From: Antechinus flavipes
Lineage: Eukaryota
Direction: 5' to 3'
Assembly (NCBI RefSeq): GCF_016432865.1
Contig: NC_067399.1
Span: 258,974,001 to 259,038,000, forward strand
Length of the DNA stretch: 64,000 nt
A program made the translations under genes and the position numbers. Shown here in pieces: positions 10,771 to 20,192 of this stretch. The number at the start of each line of letters is the position of its first letter. The first letter of the stretch is position 1. The notes below the pieces were generated by a model. The model searched no databases, was not told the origin of the DNA, and saw only the letters and a list, made by a program, of their open reading frames with translations.

Positions 10771-12245
10771 TTGGATTCTTTCTCTCCTTTCAGGTGTGTG
10801 CTGATAAATTTTTTAAAATTGGCTCTCTAAAAAAAAATTTAAGGTATACTAAACTTTCAGGTTTAATCTTCATTATTAACATTTTTCCATCATTTTCTTA
10901 AATTTACATAATCAACAAAACAAAAATGTATAAATGTTTACACTGAAATTTAACAATTGGATCTTTCAATCCTTTAAAAGTGGCTTCCATACACCTGTGT
11001 CACATACCTCCACTTCTTATTCTGCCATCTCTCCAGTTTCAGCGCTTACCACCACTATCTGAGAATACTGAAACAGCTTTCTACTAGGTCTTTTGACCTC
11101 TTCTCTCTTCTCAATCCAAAACATTCTTTATACAGAAAAAATTGGTAGAAAATGTATCTTAATCATAGATCTGGTGATGTTATACTCCAATGCTCAAAAA
11201 TCTTTAGTGAATCCATATTGCTTCACTTCTCCCTAAAAATTATGTTCCTAATGCCACTTTACCTTTCTTGTCTGAGATCTTCCCCCTCAGACCTCATGCA
11301 ACAAATAATTTTGTAAATTTTCTATGTACCATGTAACATTATTTATTATAATTGTGTTGGTATTTCACTTCCATTTTATACTATAAACTCCTTGAGGATA
11401 GGGATTGTGTCACCCAAACTGTTTCCCCCAGCAATCTGGCACAGAGTTCAGTACTACACAGATGTTTGACAAATGTTTATTGTTTTTTGTTAAGTCTAAA
11501 GCTTAGGGCAAGACAGGGCCATCTGGATTATTGGGCTTTTTTTTTGGCGGGGAAAGGGGGGAGAGGTTAGATATGCTGAGTATGTAGGGGACAAAAATGT
11601 GAATATGGGAATGGGGATACACCTGTGTCCCTGCCTCTGGCACTCATTAGCTATCTAGCCAGTCTCACTGAGATTTTATAAATATATACACAGAGAGAAA
11701 CAGACAGAAAGAGAACTACTACTTGCTCTATATGTCCTGTTCTCTTTTTAGGCTGGCAGGAGATACTGTAATGAGGAGGGGCAGGGATAGTCTTGAAGGA
11801 TTCTCCTTTGGAGAGACCTAAACTCCCCAGGTTCTTAACCTACTCAGGATCTGGTACAGTTAATTGTCAGTCAACAATATGTGGAGCCTTTCTATGTGCA
11901 CTAGAATTTAAAGGAAGTTGGAAAAGGCTTCTTCAGAAAAAGGGATTTTAGATAGAACTTGAGGTACCCAGGAACGAAAGGGAGGAAGAACATTCTAGGC
12001 ATGTGGTACAACCAGAGAAAAAGCCCCAAGTCAGGAGAGGAACCTCTTATTTGCAGAATTGTAAGGAGACCAGGGTCTCTAAATCAAAGACTGAATTTCA
12101 AGGAGTAAAACTTAAAAATAGAAAGGGAGGGGGGTAAGTTATGAAATGCCAAACAGAAGATTTTTGTATTTCATGTCTACGGCCACTGGAGTTTACTGAA
12201 TAGGTAGGTAACATTTTCAGATCTATATTTTAGGGGAAAAGACTG

Positions 12246-12626
12246 TGTGGAATTAACTGGATGAAGATACTCTCATGGAAATATAGCCTTAAACTATACC
12301 TTACTTGTGACTTGAGACTTAATAATAATACATAGAGCTACAGCTTAAAAACTTGCAGGTGTCCTGTTTCCCACCACCTTTTATTAATTAGCATTTAAAT
12401 CTCTTTTAAAGGAAATTTCTATTTGTTTCTGGATTAGAATTCCACACAGAATGTTATCCGAGTGGGGGCTTCTACATCAAGGTATTTAAATCTTGTGTTT
12501 TGCAGTTTTAACTTTGCACTCCATTTACTGATAAACACTTTGTCAGCTGGGAGATGCCTTTTCTCATAAGACTGTACTAAACCCCCTTTTGCTTTTTCTT
12601 CCTCAGTCTGTTAATACTGTTCCACA
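12246..12626 (+). mobile_element. Candidate solo LTR (about 380 bp)
   Basis: TG...CA ends with inverted termini tgtggaa/ttccaca; ACTG on both sides (12242-12245 and 12626-12629, sharing the terminal A); internal TATA-like tatttaaa; sits inside L2 sequence. Confidence 0.45.
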
Positions 12627-12689
12627 CTGGACAGTTTAGAGGCAGGTAGACCAGCTGATTAGAAGCTGCACCCTGCAGCATCAGAGAAG

Positions 12690-12890
12690 TGAGCTTGTTG
12701 TTTAGTCATGTCTGACCCTGACCCTATTTAGGGTTTTCTTGGTAGTGGTTTGCCATTTCCTTCTCTAGCTCATTTTACAGGTGAGGAAACTGAGTCAGCC
12801 AGCGTGAAGTGACTTGCCCGGGGGTGGATTTGAATTCAGATCTATCTGACTCGGGCCCAGCTTTAGCTACCATGCCACCTAGCTGCAGAA
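12690..12890 (-). mobile_element. Mar1-type CORE-RTE SINE
   Basis: ttgttgtttagtcatgtctgacc...ttgccatttccttctctagctcattttacaggtgaggaaactgag...gaattcag...ccacctagctgc. Confidence 0.8.
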
Positions 12891-13419
12891 GGGGACTTAG
12901 AGAGATATTGCAAAGGTGAAACAGAAAGGCTGTGGCAAGATTAGTTATAGGAGAGGGCTGGGGTAAAGAGAGAGTAAATTCAGGATGACAAAATGAGATA
13001 AGGGCCCCAGAGATTTGAGTAAATTGTACAACAAAAATGTCCTCTATTCCCCTTGACGGGCTGGCCGTTCTGGCCAGATGTTAGACCTCAACAAGGCTGA
13101 AATTTCATTCCTAGAATAGATGAAAGGTGCAAGACATACAGAGCATGAAAGCTTCTGCTATGTCTATTATTCTCCCCTCCCTCCCGCCTCCAAGGCACAG
13201 TACAGCACCCGACACGTAAAGGAGCTTAAAATAACTGCTGTTTTTATTCATTCATTCCTAAGCCTCTAGTAAGACTTCCATGATGGGAGAGATTTTTAAG
13301 AGAGTCAAAAGGACCCCAAAGAAAGGCCCCTCTGGATACTGATTTCCTCCTCAGTCTCATTAAGAAGCCACACTTGAATAACCTTTAAGGGGTCTGTAAA
13401 GGTTGACCCCCGTCTACTT

Positions 13420-13990
13420 GCTTCTCCCACGCAGCAGATCTCCAGAAATCCAAACCCCACCCACAGTAACCGTGCCAAGGTACGACAGAAGCAAGCAGAA
13501 CCCGCCCCCGCTTGCCTAGAGGCCTTAGGTAGGCGCGGGCCCCTCCCGCTCGGAGATCAAGGATTGGCCCTGCCTTCCTGCCCCCCCTTTCCCCGTAATC
13601 CCCGCCCCTTTCGTTACGAAATAGGCCCCGAATCTTCCACACTTCTAGCAATTTTTTTCTCAGGTCATGGAAGAGCTGGAAGCATCCATAGGATGGACCA
13701 GGGAGAACTGGAAAGAGGGCGAGGGCAAAAGGGAAGTGTGTCCTTGATAGAATGGCTTCTGGGAAAGCGAGTCTGCATGCGCGGAGGCAGCTGGGGAATG
13801 AAGTCTTAGTCCCTGCGACTTTCTGGCGCGGTTCACGCGGCTCTTCCTGCGCAAGCGCACAAAGAGACTGGGGGCAGAGAGTACCTGTTCTGAGGGGATG
13901 CAAGACTGGCGTTTACCCCTTGGGGGCGGAGTGAAGCTGGGAACATTTTCGGTGTGTGTCTCCCATCGACTAGGAGATCTTCCTCCTCCT
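13420..13990. promoter_or_regulatory. Orphan CpG-rich promoter-like element
   Basis: GC boxes at 13501, about 13600 and 13923; ATTGG 13563-13567; NRF1-like TGCATGCGC 13774-13782 and TGCGCAAGCGCA 13848-13859 abutting an ETS-like CTTCCT. Confidence 0.65.
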
Positions 13991-15169
13991 GGCCGAATTC
14001 TTTAGTGTAAATCCCCAAACTGAAATTTAATTTTAGGCTGCCCCAGTCTTGAAGCCCCAAACGGGCTCCAACGCACCCTTTTGCTCCAGGACAAACCAGC
14101 CTAGGGCTGTCCTTTCTTCTCCGTCCCTAAATATCGTTGCTAAGCATTGGACAGATTCCCTCCCGATCTGATTCTGGGGCTGCCCCTCTGGCCTGACCCT
14201 CAACCTTCGCAGTGATTTTTCCCCATTTCCTTCTCCCTCACCTCCTGAGGAAGACTTGAATTTGGAGCTTAAACGGACTTTACGGAGTTTAAAGGGACTA
14301 GTTAGTCCCTAATCCGAAAGGGCTGTTCCCTCTGACCCTGACTGACCTGAAGTTGACTCCTCCCACCTCGGGGCTGCACCTTCCTCCTCCCCCACGCCTT
14401 TGGGCCTGTTCTCTTGACCCTAAGACCAACCTTGGGGCTAATCCCCCTGACCCAGACATTTCCTGGAGATGACTCCTCTTACTAGAGAACTGGTCTGCTT
14501 GGAATGTCTAGTCTGTGGGGATCCTCCCTATTTAAACTGGATGGATTTCCTAGTGACATCTTGTCTTCCTCCAAACCAAGAGGGAAGACCTGGAGAGAAA
14601 AACTTGCCGAGGGTTCCAGAAGTCTATGTCTATCCTGAATCAGGCTTCCTGGCTAGAGGCTTTGCCCTGTAATTCCTAAGGAAGGTCCTTATTTCCTTGT
14701 GTTTGATCCCTTCCCTTCTTTCCCTTCTCCCCCTCCATTCTTCTCCTTCCGGCTCTCCTCCCTAGAGAGCCTCTCCCATCCTTGTCTAGCTGGCTAAGCC
14801 TCATTCATTTGTCTCCTCCACCTAGAGGAGTTACCTGGGTGGGCTCCAGGGTCAGGGACTGACAGAGAATGGCATTCTGGGAGGGGCTGGGGATGCCACA
14901 GAAGTGAGCCAGCGCTGCGGGTCAGCAGAGACCTAGGACTTGAAGGCAGGAAACCCCTTTGGAGCTGAGCCCACTTTACCAGGCACTGGCATAGGGAGAC
15001 GCTCCTGATCCCTAAAGGACAGCTGGGAGTCAGGGTTGGCAAAACCGAAGAGGAAAAGGATCTCTCTTGGAGCTGGTATTCTGAACCCCCTCTGAGCCCC
15101 CCAACTCTTCCTAAGATTCCTGCACCCACTGGGCTTCCTCAGCTCCACCCTGGGCCAACCCCTCCCAGG

Positions 15170-15299
15170 ACCTCCCCCGCCCTCCCCCAGAGGAAAAAGG
15201 AGGAGGCCCGAGGAGTTCAGCTCAGCAGACAGCTATCCTGGTCCCAGAGTGTCACACGGGACAGGACCAACACCAAACACTTGCCTGTTTCAACAGAAG
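15170..15299 (+). promoter_or_regulatory. CYSRT1: Putative CYSRT1 proximal promoter and non-coding exon 1
   Basis: GC/KLF box cctcccccgccctccccc at about 15171-15188; donor AAG|GTAGGT (GT 15300-15301); exon start not determinable. Confidence 0.4.
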
Positions 15300-16170
15300 G
15301 TAGGTTCATTAGCTCGGCTATGTTTGCCCTCCCTGGGACGCAGGCCAGGTGCTCGGGGCATCCCTGGGGTTGCTAAGCTCTGGGAAGCGGGTGGCTATGT
15401 TTTCTCTCTAGAACATTTCTGCCCCGGGTGAGTGGCTGAGGATATGGGGACATCGGGACTTGGGGACTGAAGGAAATTTCAGGTCAAGAATGAACTTTAC
15501 TTTGGCAGCTGGAAACTCCTCTCTGTATAGACCCCACCTGCCTGGGGTGCAGGAAAGGAGGGGGAACTGAGGATCTCTAGTGAGGAACCAGATGCTCAGT
15601 TCGCCGACTGTCCGTGCAGGATTTCATCCCATTTTTAGTTGATCCATTCCCCAGATTCCTAGCTCTCATCTCTGACTTTCCTATGGAACCTTGTTCCATA
15701 GAAGTAGAGCAAAGCTTGAAGTTTTGGGGAACATTCTTCATATATTTTCTAATTCTTATATTGTCACATTTGCATTTGCATACTGCCATACTCACATATC
15801 CTATTCTGTCACACAAGCTATCACACTCTCACACTTATGTTGTCCAAATTTAACATATGTTCATATTACAATCACATACATGGTTACATGCATTCACTTG
15901 TATACTCAGATTCTTACATGATCTGTCTTACAAAACTGAATGGTTCTACTGGAAGAGCTAAGTCTGTGGTTGGGGCTGGGACCGCTTGGTGAGCAATTTG
16001 GATCCTTTTAGATCTGTCCGGAGCACTGAGAAGCTTTGGTCTGGCTGCCCTTCCCCCCCTCCCCCCCCCCCCCTCTATACTGGGTAAATATTTGTGTCCT
16101 TCCTCAGCAGGGGCAGATCAAACTCCTCCCTTCCTCCCTCCCTCCTTCCCTGCCAATTCCCAGCAGCTCC

Positions 16171-16578
16171 ATGGACCCCCTTGAATCTGTGGTGAAGAAC
16201 CCATACACCAGCATTAACATCCCCCGAGCCCACCTTCGCCCAGATCTAGAGCAGCAGCTGGAACAAAGCCAGGACACTGCATATCCTGGGGCCAGGCCTA
16301 GCCCTGCACCCGCTTACTCCCTGCCAGGGGGTGGGTGGACCCAGGAAGAAGCCAAAGGAGGGTCTCAAACTCAGACCCAAGCGCCTTGGCAACAGCCAGG
16401 GAATCCTTACTCCGGCCCACAGCAGACAGCAGGGACCACAGAGCCAGCTTACACGACAGTCCCACCCATACGGCGAGGGGACGACATCGCCCACCACTGC
16501 TGCTGCTGCCCCTGTTGCCAGTGTTGCCGCTGCCCCCGCTGCTGCCGTTGCCACCGGTGTTGCTGTGTAGTCTCCTAG
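16171..16578 (+). CDS. CYSRT1: Cysteine-rich tail protein 1 (135 aa)
   Basis: MDPLESVVKNPYTSINIPRAHLRPDLEQQL...WQQPGNPYS...RGDDIAHHCCCCPCCQCCRCPRCCRCHRCCCVVS* matches CYSRT1/C9orf169 as recalled; ATG lies just after a pyrimidine-rich CAG-CAG acceptor (16161-16166); syntenic position. Confidence 0.93.
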   Translation: MDPLESVVKNPYTSINIPRAHLRPDLEQQLEQSQDTAYPGARPSPAPAYSLPGGGWTQEEAKGGSQTQTQAPWQQPGNPYSGPQQTAGTTEPAYTTVPPIRRGDDIAHHCCCCPCCQCCRCPRCCRCHRCCCVVS

Positions 16579-16849
16579 CTCTGAACACCTACTCCAGAGG
16601 AACACCGAAGGAGCCCTCGGCCGTGATGCAGCTGGTTTGCTGTCATTTGAGCATAAGGAGGCACATATCCCTCTGGGTGGCTCCCTCTTGGATGGCATCG
16701 AGTCACCTCTGGCCAAAGGAACTGGAGCTCAGGACAGAGGCCAAAATCATTAGGACTGAATGCATTTGAAATCTTCCTATCTTCCTTCCCAAGTCATCAA
16801 TCATGACAGAATAGAGGCCTGGGCAGAATCAGGAGCCCAGGAATCGCAG

Positions 16850-17290
16850 AATTTCTGAACTCAAATGAACCAAAAAGATCATAGAGTCCAACTTGTACCT
16901 GAACAGGATCCTGTGATATCCTTGATAAATGGATATATAATCACTACTCAAAAATTGCCAGTGGGCAGAAGCTCACTACCTGCTACAGGAGCCCATTCTG
17001 CCTTTAACTGAGACTGCTTTTTCAAAAGTTTTCCCTTATATTGAATGGACATATATCTTGCTATAAATTCCATGCATTGATTTTAATTCTATCCTTTGGA
17101 CCAAGTAAAAAAACCAAGTAAATCCCTCTTCCTCATCACAACTCTTCAGATATTTGAAAGCATCTGTCATGTCTTCTCCGTGGTAAACATATCTCATTAC
17201 TTGGGCTGTTCATAGTGTATCATGGTTTCTAGGCCAGGCTGCCTCCTCCAACTTGTTAATACCCTGTCTAAAATGTGATACCTACACATT
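16850..17290 (-). mobile_element. CR1/L3 3' end
   Basis: atccctcttcctcatcacaactcttcagatatttgaaagcatctgtcatgtc is the antisense L3 3' signature (also seen at 43.5 kb). Confidence 0.65.
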
Positions 17291-19074
17291 AGTACATTGT
17301 TATAATATTTTGATATGAGTCCAAGAGTGGGAGATTTATTGTGAGGAGTTTGTTGGAGAGGGATGTTAGGGAATTAGAAAACAAGATTAGGAGAGGAAAG
17401 ATTTCTACCTAAAATGGAGGAAAATATTCAAATCTCTCTTCAGAATTATGGCAGCCTAACCCTGTGCGTATTGAAAGCCTCACAGGTCTAGAGCAAGCCA
17501 TCAGCTCTGATGATACCCATTACCACCCACTATTTACCCATTAGAATCCTGAACCAGTGATGAGGTTCAATGGGAATGATTCCTGTCCTCACATGGCTCA
17601 ACTTGAGTCCAATCAACTCATACCCCACCTCCCTTGGGATTAAGGCAGTTACATCAATGACCAACCAATGTACTTCTCACTTCAGCAGTTACCCCTGTTG
17701 TTCCCTTGACAATAAACCTAAATAATTTGTTCAGCTCTGTCTTCAGCACTGCTTTGCTGTGATTATCCAGAGACCATATAAAGCTTGGAAGGGCTGGGTT
17801 TGGGATCTAGGGTCTGGAAAGGTTTACTTGAAGCTTAGAAACTTGTAAGAATTGGGTCTATGGCCGGAGAGGAAGGGATTCTTGGGTTTGAGAAATATAG
17901 CTCACATTTGCATAGCATTTTAAAGCTTGCAATGGGCTTGTCGCATTACAACCCTGTAAAGTAAAACAAATATTATTTTCATTTTAAAGATAAGAAAACT
18001 GACATTTTGAGGCATTGTGACTAGCCCACATTGTTAGTATCTGAGCTGAAAATCAAACCCCTTTTTCCTGATTCTAAATCCCTCATTCTCCACCACACAA
18101 TCACATTCCCCTGTGCCTACCCTTTAGCCTTGTTTCCCCTTTGCCTAGGGCTAGACCAGCCTTAATCTAGAGGCAGACTGAGTAGATGACCAATATTCTG
18201 CCTCAGGTCTTGAGGCAGCAATTCAGGCCCCCCACAGCTCTCAGCCACCACTTCTCTACTATAGCTGCCTGGGTAGTAGATGCTTTGAGGAGGGACCCTA
18301 TCCATATCCATCTCCCCTTCTCCCCAGGTCTTTGCCCTGACCCCTGTGATTATACTACCTTTGGCCAAACCTCATGACCTGTCTCTCAGCCTTGGTCTCA
18401 GTAATGAAGAGGGAGTGGTGCTTACACAAAACTAAGCACCCTACCACCCATCTATCATGAAGAAGTAGTGGGTCAGTGTCTAAAATCTGACATATGAATG
18501 TGGACGAAGAACACTTGCATGGAGGGACAGACTCACAAGGGACAAATAAGACAGTACAGACCAGAAGCCTCAGTCCCCCCAGAACATAGGTCAGTCTTGG
18601 AAGACCTTTTGAGGGAGCTGAGTTTTGGAAAGAAGATTTCACATTAAGGTTATGAAGTTTTGAGGTTTCCTAGTGGTGAGGAAGAACAGGAATTAGTGAG
18701 CAAAGGTTGAAGGACTGAAGGTACAGAAGCCAGAGTAGCACCTGGCTAGGTCAGTGATTCATCTTGTAAATCCTCAGCTTGGGTGGGGAAGGATTTCTCA
18801 GTTTCCACCGAAACCTTGCTTTCCTCTGACCCTACAGTTAAGTGGTCCCACCTACTCTCCAGCATGTCCTTGCCCCACCTATTATTATCAGGCCCGGCTT
18901 CAGGCCCTCTAGTTCCCACCCTCATTCCTTCCATTCCTTACCAGAGTGGGCCTAGGACCCACTTTGAAAGGTTGAAAGAAACCTTAGAGAACATCTAATT
19001 GAATCTTCATTTTACAGACAGAGAACCTGAGGCCTGAAAAAAGTGAAATGAAATGTTTATGGCAGAACCCAGAT

Positions 19075-19520
19075 TTTTTTTTTTCTCAATAGTATTTTAT
19101 CTTTCCAAACACATGTAGAAGGGGCAGCTAGGTGGCGCAGTGGATAGAACAACAATTCTGAAGTCAGGAGCACCTGGGTTCAAATTTGACCTCAGACACT
19201 TAACACTTTCTAGCTGTGTGACCCTGGGCAAGTCACTTAACCTCAAATGCCTCAGCAAAACAAACAAACAAAGAAAAAAACAGAAAACAAACACATGAAG
19301 AGATAACCTTTAGCATCCATTCCTGAAAAACTTTATCCTCCAAATTTTTCTTTCTCCTTTCCTTCCTCCCTCCTCCCAATACAGCAAGCAATCCAACATA
19401 GATTAAATATGCACAATCCCTTTAAACATTTTCACATTCGTCACATTGTTCAAGAAAATTAAACCAAAAGGGGAAAAAAAACCACAAGAAATAAAAACTA
19501 AACAAATTAAAAATAACCCA
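19075..19520 (-). mobile_element. Old L1 3'UTR fragment interrupted by a SINE
   Basis: T-run followed by ctcaatagtattttatctttccaaacacatg...cctccaaatttttc...cagcaagcaatccaacatagattaaatatgcacaatc. Confidence 0.65.
19121..19287 (+). mobile_element. Young full-length CORE-SINE (WSINE1-like) with TSD
   Basis: A box tggcgcagtgg, B box ggttcaaat, A-rich tail; flanks caaacacatgtagaa (19106-19120) and caaacacatgaagag (19288-19302) match at 13/15. Confidence 0.9.
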
Positions 19521-19932
19521 GATTTTTAAAATTTCAAATTCAGTATTTTTCTTAGGGAAAGTATTCCTAGTGCATCCATTCCCCCCAATAGAAGAATTAC
19601 CAAATCACCCCTGTGGGGTTGTTACAAATGTTGTCACTACTCAGAAACATGGAGAGATGCAGGAGATTATGGTTCTTCTGAGAGGTCCCTCATGTGAAAC
19701 ATTACTAGGACAGTTTAGGATTGAATTTTGAACAGATTACAGTGAGTGTCAGGGGAGGAAAGGAATCATGAAATTCCCCTGGCTCCTGCATGGTGGTGGG
19801 TCTTGAACTGCATCTTAAAGGGGAAAAGGCAGAGGGAGAGAGGAAAGTGAACAGATGGAGAAAAGGAGAGAGGGGCCAGTAATATCTTATCATCAATAGT
19901 TAACATTTATGGAGCACTTAATATGTACCAGA

Positions 19933-20192
19933 AGGCAGCTTGATGCCTCAGTAGAAAAAGTGCTGGGTCTAAAGTCAGGAAGACCTGAGTTCAAAGTCTG
20001 TCTTAGATGTTTACTGTCTATATGACCCTGGGCAAGCCACTTCATCCTGTTTGCCTCAGTTTCCTCATCTATAAAATGAGCTGGAGAAGGAAATGGCAAA
20101 CCACTCCAGTATCTCTGCCAAGAAAACCATTGGTGCACTGTGTGTACTGGTATACCAACGGGGTCATGAGTCTGATATGACTGAACAACAGC
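19933..20192 (+). mobile_element. Mar1-type CORE-RTE SINE
   Basis: ggcagcttgatgcc...gacctgagttcaaa...cagtttcctcatctataaaatgagctggagaaggaaatggcaaaccactccagtatctctgccaagaaaacc...gactgaacaac. Confidence 0.85.

Noticed and set aside
13668-13748. Short ORF MEELEASIGWTRENWKEGEGKREVCP after an acceptor in the orphan island
   Set aside because: Only 26 aa, no homology recognised, no independent support.
16036-16170. 45-aa N-terminal extension of CYSRT1
   Set aside because: Non-ATG start; the translated sequence is a poly-C/pyrimidine acceptor tract; the orthologous start is MDP at 16171.
16246-16769. Alternative-frame and antisense ORFs over CYSRT1
   Set aside because: By-products of the TGC-rich Cys codon run.
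17300-17720. Possible LTR fragment; a similar impression at about 59150-59560
   Set aside because: No termini or TSD could be identified and no family was recognised.
19121-19200. tRNA-like A/B boxes here and at other SINE heads
   Set aside because: They continue into CORE and tail sequence and lack a cloverleaf; these are SINEs, not tRNA genes.
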